A DNA stretch of 64,000 nucleotides from Candidatus Altimarinota bacterium (GCA_041242255.1 JBESAV010000001.1:512001-576000), one strand, 5' to 3'; counted from the stretch's first letter, positions 20,526 to 30,041 are shown. Notes: generated by a model from the sequence alone, not told the origin. Translations and numbers: made by a program.

Positions 20526-20837
20526 ATGATTAAATATTTTAAGAACAGCATAAAGGAGATCCAAAAGGTAACTTGGCCCTCTAAGGAAGACTCACTCAAG
20601 CTCACTATTATTACCTTGATTTTTACAGCACTTACAACTCTTGGACTTACACTTGTAGACCAAGTTTTCAATGCTGGATATCAAACTCTTGTAGATCTTA
20701 GCCCTGAGACTATCAATACTGAAGCTCCTCAATTCGATCTAAATGCAGTTGATGTACAAACAGCACCGGTAACAGGAGAATCAACAGAAGTTCAAATTAA
20801 CGAAGCTCCAGATACAGAAACAACCGAAACAGAATAA
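20526..20837 (+). CDS. secE: Preprotein translocase subunit SecE with acidic C-terminal extension
   Basis: EIQKVTWPS motif, one TM segment, immediately upstream of nusG. Confidence 0.93.
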   Translation: MIKYFKNSIKEIQKVTWPSKEDSLKLTIITLIFTALTTLGLTLVDQVFNAGYQTLVDLSPETINTEAPQFDLNAVDVQTAPVTGESTEVQINEAPDTETTETE

Positions 20838-20849
20838 CCCAACTAAATC

Positions 20850-21395
20850 ATGGCAAAACAAGTAGCAAACACCGGTAAGCAGTGGTATGTGATCCACACC
20901 TATTCCGGATATGAAGACGCAGTTAAAGACAACCTTCTACAGAGAATCGACAGTCTTAACATGCAAGATTACATTTTCGACGTAGTTGTTCCAAAAGAGA
21001 AACAAATCGTAATGAAAAAAGGACAACCAGTAGAAGAAGACAAAAAAATCTTTCCAGGATACGTATTAGTACAAATGGTTGTAACAGACGAATCATGGTA
21101 TGTAGTTAGAAATACTCCAAACGTAACAGGTTTCGTAGGTTCAGGGAATATCCCAGTTCCAGTATCTCCAGAAGAATGGAATATAGTAGAAAAACAAATG
21201 GGTAAATCCGAAGCCAAATTCGACATCTCAGTTTCAGTTGGAGATCCAGTTACAGTACTTGAAGGACCATTCGCCAACTACGAAGCCATAGTTGAAGAAA
21301 TCGACGAAGAGAAAGGTAAGGTTAAAGTCCTCATCACAATCTTCGGTCGTGAAACACCAGTTGAACTAGACTTCAATCAAGTTAAAAAACGATAA
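20850..21395 (+). CDS. nusG: Transcription termination/antitermination factor NusG
   Basis: WYVIHTYSGYE, FPGYVLV, VRNTPNVTGFVG, IFGRETPVEL. Confidence 0.98.
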   Translation: MAKQVANTGKQWYVIHTYSGYEDAVKDNLLQRIDSLNMQDYIFDVVVPKEKQIVMKKGQPVEEDKKIFPGYVLVQMVVTDESWYVVRNTPNVTGFVGSGNIPVPVSPEEWNIVEKQMGKSEAKFDISVSVGDPVTVLEGPFANYEAIVEEIDEEKGKVKVLITIFGRETPVELDFNQVKKR

Positions 21396-21400
21396 ACTCA

Positions 21401-22291
21401 ATGAATCTTCAATATTCAAATCAAGAGTTTAGCGATTTGTTCAACTTAGAAAAAATAGGTTTTACCAATCTTAAACACTTTGAGGATGGTTTAGGTTTTA
21501 GCGCTATTCAAAAAGTACCAAATACAGGCTTGATGTCTTTGATTAAAGTTGGAGTGAAAAAAGAAACTAAAGAAGGTAGGGCGCCTCTCTTTATAACTAT
21601 ATCTTTAGTTAAAGACGATTGTAACGAGAATGGGTATTTACAATATCATGATGAAGATCTAAATCCACTTAGCACTTTACCAATTTCTCTCAAATCAGAC
21701 GAAGATTATTTTATTAGTAATGGTACTTTTGAAAGAGAAGATGGCAGCACAATTGATACTGAATCAATTATAAGAGAAGTTTACGATTTACATTTAAAAA
21801 GAACAAAAGGTATCGTAAGTATACCTTTAAGATTTAAATTAATGTTTAATTTCATACTTAGATCTTATAATGAGGCCTTATACAATAGAACGAAATGTCT
21901 TTTAGAGTATCTAACAAATAAGCAGTTCGTATACCCTTACTATCCTGACTTATATTTAGATTCAAGCTATCATATGAGCAAAAGTTTACATAAAAAAGAA
22001 GGCGAAGGCAGAGGAGAGGAAATTGACTTTTACAAATACAAAGTTCTTAAATCAACATTATTTCTTTATAGTTTTTTTAGCTTGATATCTTTATATATTT
22101 TCCATCATTATAATTATTATCCAGAATTCCTAACGGTTATTTCTAAACACCCACTTACTACCGCGTTATATGTTATATTATCTCTATATTTATTCGAGAT
22201 TATAGCAGAGGAGTTTATCCCAAAAATACTAAAAAAAGATTTAGATCGAATTTATAAACGAATACAAAAAAACATATATATCAATTTTTAA
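21401..22291 (+). CDS. Hypothetical protein with two C-terminal TM helices, AT-rich insertion
   Basis: 296-aa ORF with visibly more AT-rich codon usage than its neighbours. Confidence 0.65.
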   Translation: MNLQYSNQEFSDLFNLEKIGFTNLKHFEDGLGFSAIQKVPNTGLMSLIKVGVKKETKEGRAPLFITISLVKDDCNENGYLQYHDEDLNPLSTLPISLKSDEDYFISNGTFEREDGSTIDTESIIREVYDLHLKRTKGIVSIPLRFKLMFNFILRSYNEALYNRTKCLLEYLTNKQFVYPYYPDLYLDSSYHMSKSLHKKEGEGRGEEIDFYKYKVLKSTLFLYSFFSLISLYIFHHYNYYPEFLTVISKHPLTTALYVILSLYLFEIIAEEFIPKILKKDLDRIYKRIQKNIYINF

Positions 22292-22953
22292 TGCCTCGCA
22301 AAAAACTAAAAAGATTCAAAGAAATAAACAGCTTCCCAAACGTCTTCCAAGACCGGGAGGCTTTTCAAAATTTCTCGCTACCACCTCACAAGAAACTCAT
22401 CTTAGAGTTAGGGTGTGGGAAAGGGGACTATACCATCCAATTGGCTCAAAGGTATCCTGATAACTTCTACCTAGGTTTCGAGAAAAAAGGTGAAAGAATC
22501 TGGCGAGGAGCAAAAACATGCTTAGACAAAGATATCCAAAACACAGCTTTCATCCGTTCAGATATTGCTCACATCAATGATTTTTTCCCAAACCAAATTA
22601 TCGATGAGATTTGGATAACTTTCCCCGGTCCATTCCCAAAAGACAAACATGAAAACCGCCGCCTAACCGCACCCCCATTCCTGGAAAGATACGCAAAGCT
22701 TCTGAAGTCAGATCACATTATCCATTTGAAAACTGATCACAAGGGATTATTTGAGTACACGCTTGATCTCATATCTCACAACCCTAAGCTTCAACTACTT
22801 CAGTCCCAAAAAGACATCCACAATACTAGTCATCAGATCCCAGACATGGACATTCAAACAGACTTCGAAAAAAAACATTTGAAAAGGGGAGAGACCATAA
22901 ATTACTTGGCTTTCAAGATAAAAGATTCCACTTTCCAGTCCTCTCCACTATAA
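22291..22953 (+). CDS. trmB: tRNA (guanine-N7)-methyltransferase
   Basis: LELGCGKG, ITFPGPFPKDKH..RRL, LKTD, TDFEKK. Confidence 0.92.
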   Translation: MPRKKLKRFKEINSFPNVFQDREAFQNFSLPPHKKLILELGCGKGDYTIQLAQRYPDNFYLGFEKKGERIWRGAKTCLDKDIQNTAFIRSDIAHINDFFPNQIIDEIWITFPGPFPKDKHENRRLTAPPFLERYAKLLKSDHIIHLKTDHKGLFEYTLDLISHNPKLQLLQSQKDIHNTSHQIPDMDIQTDFEKKHLKRGETINYLAFKIKDSTFQSSPL

Positions 22954-22983
22954 TTTGCACAAACAAAATTAAGAACACCTAAA

Positions 22984-23658
22984 GTGCAAAAAATTACCAT
23001 CATTGCTATCCTCCTATCAGCAATCGTCCTTACAATAGCCGCCGAGCTTGTTTCCCAAGACTACATCCAGAAAGTTCGTCCTGAGATAGAAGATCAAGTT
23101 GAAGCCAACGTCCTCAAGTTAGGTTCTTTTACTGATTACATTCAACAAAAAGAACTCATTGAAAACGCAGAAGAAGCTCAAGAAATCATAGACGAAGCAG
23201 CCCCAGAGCAACCCTCTGACTCTAATGAGGCCCTTGAAAGTGTCCGCCTAAATACACTAATTTTAGAGCTAGACATCCCTAGGCTACAGTTAAGATTCCA
23301 GGAAATCCCAGAAAGACTTTTTGATTCATTTCAAATATCCAAAGATCTAGTAAATAAAGAGGTTTACGCCATAGTTTCATCTGATCAGCAAACCATTGCT
23401 TCTATTCAAGAAATTGTCACAGACGACGAAAAAAAATCTCAACAAATCTTCGAAGAGATTAAAGCCATTTCAAGTTCAGTTCCAAGTTTTTCCATCAACC
23501 AAACCAACGAATTCGGTGATCGCTCATTCTATATCAACCCCAACCAAGATTCCGATAGCGCCTTTCTAATCAACCAAAAAGGAACCCTGATCTACGCTGT
23601 TGCATACCAAAAACAATATCACGATCAGTTCAAGGATTGGTTCGAACTTCTACTCTAG
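22984..23658 (+). CDS. Hypothetical exported/membrane-anchored protein
   Basis: N-terminal hydrophobic helix; host-like codon usage. Confidence 0.65.
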   Translation: MQKITIIAILLSAIVLTIAAELVSQDYIQKVRPEIEDQVEANVLKLGSFTDYIQQKELIENAEEAQEIIDEAAPEQPSDSNEALESVRLNTLILELDIPRLQLRFQEIPERLFDSFQISKDLVNKEVYAIVSSDQQTIASIQEIVTDDEKKSQQIFEEIKAISSSVPSFSINQTNEFGDRSFYINPNQDSDSAFLINQKGTLIYAVAYQKQYHDQFKDWFELLL

Positions 23659-23659
23659 T

Positions 23660-23687
23660 TTGACAAAATTCCAGCCAGGGTTAATCT
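23660..23687 (+). promoter_or_regulatory. Sigma70-type promoter
   Basis: TTGACA-16 nt-TAATCT. Confidence 0.55.
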
Positions 23688-23755
23688 AGCCTTAGATCAT
23701 TACACAATAGCCTAAGATCTCTTTCCGAGAGTGTCTTAAACTAAAAGGAGTAAAA

Positions 23756-23869
23756 GTGAAAAAATTAGTAGGACTATTGATTCTTATGATTCTAGTAATT
23801 TCTGCACAAGTAGGACTGTACCTATCCTACAAAGACAGCAATATTTTATACTTTGTTTTAACTCCATAG
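23756..23869 (+). CDS. 37-aa hydrophobic miniprotein (not in the ORF track)
   Basis: SD AAGGAG at 23745-23750, GTG start, MKKLVGLLILMILVISAQVGLYLSYKDSNILYFVLTP*, with its own promoter and terminator. Confidence 0.65.
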   Translation: MKKLVGLLILMILVISAQVGLYLSYKDSNILYFVLTP

Positions 23870-23878
23870 GTCATGATC

Positions 23879-23911
23879 TGAGAAGAGGTTTTTATTCCTC
23901 TTCTCATTTTT
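23879..23911 (+). terminator. Intrinsic terminator
   Basis: Perfect 10-bp stem tgagaagagg/cctcttctca plus ttttt. Confidence 0.8.
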
Positions 23912-23992
23912 CGACAATCCAAATAGTAGTTCTAAACTTGACTCAAGCCCTCAAAAAAGGTAAAAAGTGTATACTTTATTTAAATAAACACG

Positions 23993-24418
23993 ATGCCAAA
24001 ACAAGTGCAAACTGTCATCAAGTTACAGATCCCTGCTGGTAAAGCAAATCCTGCTCCTCCAGTTGGTCCTGCTCTAGGGCAACACGGGATTCCGATCCAA
24101 GATTTCTGTACGCAATTCAATAATGCTACAAGAGAACAAGGAGACGCAATCATCCCTGTAGAGATTACTGTTTACGATGATCGTTCATTCGAATTTATCA
24201 CCAAAAAACCACCAGCGGCTTATCTTATCAAGAAAGAAGTTGGAATTCCAAAAGGTTCAGGTGAACCAAATACAAAAAAAGTTGGAACTATTACAAGAGC
24301 TCAACTTGAAAACGTTGCTAAGATCAAAATGGAAGATCTTAACGCTAACGATATGGACGCAGCTGTAAAGATTCTTGCAGGAACTGCAAAACAAATGGGA
24401 CTAGAAGTAAAACTTTAA
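23993..24418 (+). CDS. rplK: 50S ribosomal protein L11
   Basis: [23 protein letters not shown]. Confidence 0.99.
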   Translation: MPKQVQTVIKLQIPAGKANPAPPVGPALGQHGIPIQDFCTQFNNATREQGDAIIPVEITVYDDRSFEFITKKPPAAYLIKKEVGIPKGSGEPNTKKVGTITRAQLENVAKIKMEDLNANDMDAAVKILAGTAKQMGLEVKL

Positions 24419-24427
24419 TTAACTTAA

Positions 24428-24826
24428 ATGTCTAATTTCAAATCATACCTAAAAGCCGGTTACCTATATGTAGTAGCTGGGATAACACTAGTAATGATTC
24501 TTATCGGTTCAACGATGATCATCCAAAATGTCATCACCTATAATATCTTAGACATTAAGCAAGAACGTTGGGGGCAATCTCCAGAAGTTACATGTGAATG
24601 GAAATATCAAGAACCATCCACTGAAACAACAGAGACCTCAGTTCCAAGGCCTTCTGAATCCAACTATGATTCACTCGACGAGTGCATAGAAGCAGAAACA
24701 AAAGCCATCGAAGAGCAAGCTAAAATTAGATATGCTTATGACATGGCTCAAGCCGTAGCAATGCTACTAATAGCCATTCCAGTATGGGCTTATCACTGGA
24801 GACTTATCAGAAGAGAAGATAAGTAA
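24428..24826 (+). CDS. Two-TM membrane protein (DUF5671-like)
   Basis: YLYVVAGITL...AMLLIAIPVWAYHWR pattern. Confidence 0.6.
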   Translation: MSNFKSYLKAGYLYVVAGITLVMILIGSTMIIQNVITYNILDIKQERWGQSPEVTCEWKYQEPSTETTETSVPRPSESNYDSLDECIEAETKAIEEQAKIRYAYDMAQAVAMLLIAIPVWAYHWRLIRREDK

Positions 24827-24838
24827 AACAATTCTCAA

Positions 24839-24874
24839 GTGGGACTTAAGCCATGAGCTTAAGGCTCGAACCAC
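24839..24874 (+). promoter_or_regulatory. Ribosomal protein L1 autoregulatory mRNA element
   Basis: GTGGGA-[cttaagc catga gcttaag]-GCTCGAA-CCAC directly upstream of rplA, matching the kink-turn-like L1-binding leader architecture. Confidence 0.7.
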
Positions 24875-24892
24875 AATTTAAACAAAACAAAA

Positions 24893-25576
24893 ATGAAAAG
24901 ATCAAAAAACTATACAGCCTCAAAGGCTCAGATCATAAAAGATCAATATACCCTTGCTGAAGCACTTGAATTGCTTCCAAAAACTTCAACTGTTAAATTT
25001 GACGCATCAGTTGAGCTTCACGTAAACACAGGTCTAGACCCAAAACATGCTGACCAAATCCTACGTGTTGCCACAACTCTTCCTCATGGAACTGGTAAAA
25101 AGTTCAAAGTAGTAGCTTTCGTACCAGAAGAAATGGCAGATGAAGCTAAAAAAGCTGGAGCAATTGAAGCAGGGCTAGACGATCTAGTTGCAAAAGTTGC
25201 AGGTGGATGGATGGATTTTGACATCGCAGTAGCTCACCCGACAGTAATGAAAAACCTAGGTAAAGTTGCAAAACAACTAGGACAAGCTAGAAAAATGCCA
25301 TCACCAAAATCAGGAACTGTTACAGACAAACCAGCTGAAACAATCAAAAACATCATGAATGGTAAAATCGAAATCAGAACTGACAAATACGGATGCCTTC
25401 ACAACATCGTTGGAAAACTTTCTTTCGGTCCAGAAAAACTCCAAGAAAACATCCAAACAATGATGAACGCCGTAAAAGAAAACAAACCATCAGGATCAAA
25501 AGGAACTTACTTGAAGTCTGTTTACCTAACAACTTCAATGGGTCCAAGCCTACCTCTAAGCATCTCTGACCTATAG
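24893..25576 (+). CDS. rplA: 50S ribosomal protein L1
   Basis: KFDASVELH, LPHGTGK, MPSPKSGTVT, TSMGPS. Confidence 0.99.
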   Translation: MKRSKNYTASKAQIIKDQYTLAEALELLPKTSTVKFDASVELHVNTGLDPKHADQILRVATTLPHGTGKKFKVVAFVPEEMADEAKKAGAIEAGLDDLVAKVAGGWMDFDIAVAHPTVMKNLGKVAKQLGQARKMPSPKSGTVTDKPAETIKNIMNGKIEIRTDKYGCLHNIVGKLSFGPEKLQENIQTMMNAVKENKPSGSKGTYLKSVYLTTSMGPSLPLSISDL

Positions 25577-25598
25577 TCAAAACTTAGAAGGCTAAAAC

Positions 25599-25629
25599 AA
25601 ACCTTACTTTAAAAAAAAGTGAGGTTTTT
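25599..25629 (+). terminator. Intrinsic terminator after rplA
   Basis: aaccttacttt...aaagtgaggtt plus tttt. Confidence 0.7.
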
Positions 25630-25667
25630 AATTAACGGTTTTATATAAAATCTCAGCATATAAATAC

Positions 25668-25695
25668 TTGACAAAATTACATTAGGCACTATAGT
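25668..25695 (+). promoter_or_regulatory. Sigma70-type promoter
   Basis: TTGACA-16 nt-TATAGT. Confidence 0.65.
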
Positions 25696-25701
25696 ATATT
25701 C

Positions 25702-25930
25702 GTGTTAGAGCAACTTATGATCTTTTAATTAAAGTTTAGTAGGTATTGATCTGTATTTTATTTAATAGAATATAAGTAATCTAGTTTAAACTAGTGTTGT
25801 TTATATCTTCTATAAAATTCAGATGTTCTGCCTACTATGAACCAAGTTTATTGAGTTACCAACTTAGATATAAAACTTGTATCTAGCTTGGTGACTCAAT
25901 TCCGAGCTCATCAATTCATTCAAAAGGAAC
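25702..25930 (+). ncRNA. Candidate highly structured RNA or 5' leader
   Basis: A ~110-nt imperfect rod hairpin (25734-25842) and a ~50-nt hairpin (25851-25899), both with G-U pairs, lie between a promoter and an SD-led ORF. Confidence 0.5.
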
Positions 25931-25934
25931 AACA

Positions 25935-26177
25935 ATGAGTAATGAAAAAGCCTCAAAAAGTCTATGTATCATGTGTAATGACACATATCAAATGACTTGG
26001 CTAACAAAGGTCTTGATTAAAGAAATAAGCAGTTTAGGAGGAGAGGTTCTATTTACATGTCGCCCTATGGACGGATTTCGAGACACTGATCCTCATAAAT
26101 TGAACAATACTGAGCAAATGCTCATTGAACTTCTAAATGATCTCATGGCAGAACAGTCCGGTCAATCAAATAGTTGA
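25935..26177 (+). CDS. Hypothetical 80-aa protein
   Basis: SD-like AAAGGA upstream, terminator downstream. Confidence 0.6.
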   Translation: MSNEKASKSLCIMCNDTYQMTWLTKVLIKEISSLGGEVLFTCRPMDGFRDTDPHKLNNTEQMLIELLNDLMAEQSGQSNS

Positions 26178-26190
26178 TCGGGCAACACCC

Positions 26191-26225
26191 AAGCGCCCCC
26201 ATACTTAATGGTGGCGCTTTATTTT
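26191..26225 (+). terminator. Intrinsic terminator
   Basis: aagcgcc...ggcgcttt atttt between convergent ORFs. Confidence 0.65.
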
Positions 26226-26467
26226 TAGTTAGTTTCCCAAGCACTACAGCCATACATCATCTTAAGTAAGACTAGTATCTCTTCGTCACTCTTTTCTATC
26301 ATTTCGTTATCTGATTCTCTTACAAGCTTTATAATTCTTAAAACCTCAGGACTTAAATTATCTTTATTATTCTCTACTGTAATCTTAATCTGGTGCTCAT
26401 TATCCTTTTTACTATCTAAGTTACTCTGAGTATTATTTTTATTTAAATCAATACTATCTTGGCTCAT
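26225..26467 (-). CDS. Hypothetical 80-aa protein
   Basis: ORF bounded by hairpins; no recognisable motif. Confidence 0.5.
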   Translation of the reverse strand: MSQDSIDLNKNNTQSNLDSKKDNEHQIKITVENNKDNLSPEVLRIIKLVRESDNEMIEKSDEEILVLLKMMYGCSAWETN

Positions 26468-26490
26468 AAATTTTAAAGATTACATAATAG

Positions 26491-26519
26491 AAAAGACTCA
26501 TACGGTTAGTATGAGTCTT
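26491..26519 (-). terminator. Intrinsic terminator
   Basis: Perfect 11-bp stem aagactcatac/gtatgagtctt, with a U-tract on the minus strand. Confidence 0.75.
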
Positions 26520-26539
26520 ATTGAATCAATACACAAACT

Positions 26540-26866
26540 TTACAAGTTAGAGCAATAGGTTCTTGCGAACTCCAGATCAGCAATTTTAAGGCTAATCTGT
26601 CGTGTAAAACCAACACTCATTTTCTTTTGATTTTCGATGAAGTAAGCAACTGCAGACCTGATTTGATCCTTATCAAGGAAAGCAACATGAATACAGATAT
26701 TCTGTATAAAGACATTGCTATCAAGAGAGTATGAATTTACTTCATATTCTTCAAGCAAATCCTTATTCAGTTGGATTGCTTTCATGATGTCTCCCACACC
26801 TGCATTTTCAAAGAAAATTTCGAGTGGTTTCTTAGGTTTCGCTTCTGCTTCTTTAGATTCAGACAT
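26540..26866 (-). CDS. Hypothetical 108-aa protein
   Basis: Strong SD AGAGGAG; own promoter (TTGACA at 26965-26970) and terminator. Confidence 0.65.
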   Translation of the reverse strand: MSESKEAEAKPKKPLEIFFENAGVGDIMKAIQLNKDLLEEYEVNSYSLDSNVFIQNICIHVAFLDKDQIRSAVAYFIENQKKMSVGFTRQISLKIADLEFARTYCSNL

Positions 26867-27093
26867 TTTGTCTCCTCTATGGTTTGTGGAATGAACAATT
26901 CAGAGTGCTGAATTCCTAAGTAGGATTCAGTACTACTATCTTATTAAATACTAATTCCTGGTAATGTCAAGCTAAAGTTGTATTCACTACTAGTAATTGG
27001 TATTTCTCAATTAGTTTCTAAATAATAAAATTTATTCTAAGTAGCAAAATCCTCCAAAAACCACTATATTTTACCCACTAATAATTCAACAAC

Positions 27094-28050
27094 ATGAACA
27101 CTAAACCAAAGTTTGATTTCGCCGTGGGTGGGCAAGCCCTAATTGAAGGTGTAATGATGCGCTCCCAAAACTACGTAGCCTGGGCCGTTCGAAAAGCCGA
27201 TGGATCAATCAAGATAAAAGACTTCCATTACAATAGCCTCGCTCAAAAATACAAATTCTTCAACCTACCTTTCCTAAGAGGAGTAATAAGCATGTTCGAG
27301 ATGATGGCCCTTGGTATAAGAGCCTTAAATTTCTCAGCAGATGAATTCATCATGGATGAAGATCCAAAAGAAGCTAAAAAGAAAGCTGAACAAAAACCAA
27401 TCCCAAAATGGCAAAGTAATTTATTCTTATTCTTCAATGTTATTTTTTCACTAGGTTTCACCATAGTTCTGTTCAAATATCTACCTCTCCAGCTCACTGA
27501 ATGGATCTTCCAGTACACAACTTATGATCCAACTACCAACTACATAGCTTACAACTTCCTAGATGGTATTCTTAAACTCTCTATCTTCCTATGTTACATA
27601 TTATTGATAAGCATGTTCAAGGATATTAAAAGAGTATTCCAATACCACGGTGCTGAACACATGGCAGTATTTAACTACGAAGAGGGAACCAACCTAACTG
27701 CAGAAAACTCAGCTAAACAGTCCAGATTCCACCCAAGATGTGGAACTAGCTTCATCATATTTGTATTCTTGATAAGCATCCTAGTTTATTCACTTATTCC
27801 TCGAGATCCCAATTTCTTCATACACTTAGCCAAAAGATTAGCTCTACTTCCTGTGATTGCCGGAGTTTCATTTGAAGCTCTCAAGCTCAGCGGTAAGTAT
27901 GCCAGCAATCCTGTTGTTAAACTTCTTATTCAACCAGGTCTAGCCTTCCAAAGGTTAACAACTCGAGAGCCAGATCACTCACAACTTGAAGTAGCTGTAG
28001 CAGCACTTCAAAGAACATTAGACAGAGAAGCCACAGCTAAAAATACCTAA
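27094..28050 (+). CDS. DUF1385 family membrane protein
   Basis: GGQALIEGVMMR, FQYHGAEH, HPRCGTSF, LTTREP. Confidence 0.93.
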   Translation: MNTKPKFDFAVGGQALIEGVMMRSQNYVAWAVRKADGSIKIKDFHYNSLAQKYKFFNLPFLRGVISMFEMMALGIRALNFSADEFIMDEDPKEAKKKAEQKPIPKWQSNLFLFFNVIFSLGFTIVLFKYLPLQLTEWIFQYTTYDPTTNYIAYNFLDGILKLSIFLCYILLISMFKDIKRVFQYHGAEHMAVFNYEEGTNLTAENSAKQSRFHPRCGTSFIIFVFLISILVYSLIPRDPNFFIHLAKRLALLPVIAGVSFEALKLSGKYASNPVVKLLIQPGLAFQRLTTREPDHSQLEVAVAALQRTLDREATAKNT

Positions 28051-28064
28051 ACTTAAATTTAGAA

Positions 28065-28517
28065 ATGCACGACCAATCCAATCTACCAAAAGTCAGAATT
28101 AAACGAATCGATAAATCCCTACCAATCCCTGAATACAAAACCAAAGGTAGCATCGGCTTTGATCTATATTCCAGAGTCGATATTACGATCCCACCTGGAA
28201 AGATTGAAAGAGTTCCAGCCAATATTGTCATCGAAACACCACCAGGTTACCTACTTATGTTAGCCTCCAGAAGCTCAACTCCAGTTAAAAAAGGTTTAAC
28301 CAAACCACACGGCGTGGGAATAATCGATCAAGATTATTCAGGAGACAATGACGAATTACTCATCCAACTCTACAATTTCACAGATCAACCTTCCGTCATC
28401 AAAAAAGGTGAAAGAATAGCTCAGGCCGTTTTCATCCAAGCAGATCGCTTAGCTTTTCAAGAAGTAGAATCAATGAACAATCAAGACCGCGGAGGCTTCG
28501 GTTCAACATCATCTTAA
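28065..28517 (+). CDS. dut: dUTP diphosphatase
   Basis: GFDL, RSS, GIIDQDYSG, GERIAQ, RGGFGST. Confidence 0.95.
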   Translation: MHDQSNLPKVRIKRIDKSLPIPEYKTKGSIGFDLYSRVDITIPPGKIERVPANIVIETPPGYLLMLASRSSTPVKKGLTKPHGVGIIDQDYSGDNDELLIQLYNFTDQPSVIKKGERIAQAVFIQADRLAFQEVESMNNQDRGGFGSTSS

Positions 28518-28525
28518 TCAATCAC

Positions 28526-29125
28526 ATGGGAAAATTTATTACAATTTATGGAGTAAACAATATCGGTAAAACCACCCAAACCAAACTCCTAGCAGAAAGG
28601 CTCACACAGGATGGCTACAAAGTTAAAACTCTAAAGTACCCGATCTACACTGCAGAACCAACTGGACCACGTATCAGTTCAATCCTCAGAGATAAGGCAG
28701 AGCCAGACATTTCTCAAGAGCATTTCCAGCTACTTTACTGCCTCAATCGTTTTGATACAGAGTCTCAACTCAAACAACTTATCCAAGAAAACGACATCGT
28801 AATCGCAGAAGATTACACCTACACATCGGTAGCCTGGGGTTCTGCTCAAGGGGCAAGTAAAGAATGGTTAAAGACAGTAAACTCTCCACTTTTGGAACCA
28901 GACTTCACCCTTATGCTTGATGGGGATAGGGGATTAGGCTCAATAGAAAAAGGTCATCGTCACGAAGACAACAACCAATTAGCTCAAAAAGTAAAAAAGA
29001 TCTTCCAAGAACTCCAGAAAGAAAACAACTGGACTTTAGTAACCAGACAAGAAAAAATAGAAGATACCAACCAACTCATGTATAATGAAGTGATCCAATA
29101 CCTAAATTCTCAAAATAATGAATAA
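28526..29125 (+). CDS. tmk: Thymidylate kinase (CPR-type)
   Basis: FITIYGVNNIGKTTQ P-loop, KYP, EDY, PD motifs; lies between dut and folD. Confidence 0.85.
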   Translation: MGKFITIYGVNNIGKTTQTKLLAERLTQDGYKVKTLKYPIYTAEPTGPRISSILRDKAEPDISQEHFQLLYCLNRFDTESQLKQLIQENDIVIAEDYTYTSVAWGSAQGASKEWLKTVNSPLLEPDFTLMLDGDRGLGSIEKGHRHEDNNQLAQKVKKIFQELQKENNWTLVTRQEKIEDTNQLMYNEVIQYLNSQNNE

Positions 29126-29981
29126 TCCTGAATATATAGATATAAACGGTCGAGAGGTTCGCAATCAGATGTTTCAAGAGCTTCAAGCCGAAGTCCAAAA
29201 CATCAAAAGCGACATCAAACCAAAACTTGCATTTATATTAGTCGGAAGCAACCCAGCTTCACTCTCATACATCAATCAAAAGCAAAAAGCCTGCCGACAA
29301 ATTGGCTTTGAATATGATTTTTTACAATTCCCAGAAGAAACTCCAGAGCATAAACTTCTGCAAGAAATTTTCGAACTCAACGAAAACCCAGAGGTTCATG
29401 GAGTAATGGTTCAATTACCTTTACCCGCTCATATTTCCGCAGATACAATCAGCTCAAGTATATCTCCAGAAAAAGACGTTGATGGCTTTCATCCTTTCAA
29501 TCAAGGTCTTGTCTTCACAAATTCTGCCACTGAAAATACCTTAGTACCGTGCACCCCAAAAGGAATAATGAAACTTCTAGACTTCTACCAAATTCCTCTA
29601 ACTGGATCAAATGCTGTAGTTGTAGGTAGAAGCCAAATTGTAGGTAGACCTATTTCATCTATGCTCCTCAATCATGGTGCAACAGTAACCACATGTCATA
29701 GTAAAACCAAAGACCTCAAATCACACACACAAGAGGCTGACATACTTGTAGTAGCCACAGGTTTCAAACACTTAATCAAAGCAGATATGGTCAAGCAAGG
29801 TGCTGTGGTAATAGATGTAGGTTTCTCCAAAGTGGAGGACGACATTTACGGAGATGTTGATTACCAAGATGTAGCTCCTAAGACTTCATACATCACCCCA
29901 GTTCCTGGAGGAGTAGGCCCAATGACAGTAGCTTGCTTAATGGAGAACCTACTTATCGCATATAGAAACCAAAATTCTTAA
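29118..29981 (+). CDS. folD: Methylenetetrahydrofolate dehydrogenase/cyclohydrolase
   Basis: VQLPLP, KDVDGFHP, PCTPKGI, GRSQIVGRP, TPVPGGVGPMT. Confidence 0.98.
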   Translation: MNNPEYIDINGREVRNQMFQELQAEVQNIKSDIKPKLAFILVGSNPASLSYINQKQKACRQIGFEYDFLQFPEETPEHKLLQEIFELNENPEVHGVMVQLPLPAHISADTISSSISPEKDVDGFHPFNQGLVFTNSATENTLVPCTPKGIMKLLDFYQIPLTGSNAVVVGRSQIVGRPISSMLLNHGATVTTCHSKTKDLKSHTQEADILVVATGFKHLIKADMVKQGAVVIDVGFSKVEDDIYGDVDYQDVAPKTSYITPVPGGVGPMTVACLMENLLIAYRNQNS

Positions 29982-30041
29982 ACACAGCTAGCTTTAGAAA
30001 AAATCTATTTTATGATAAAATAAATAGATTAATATCAATTT

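Noticed and set aside
25577-25934. L10 leader or rplJ following rplA
   Set aside because: A terminator follows rplA and the downstream 80-aa ORF has no L10 similarity.
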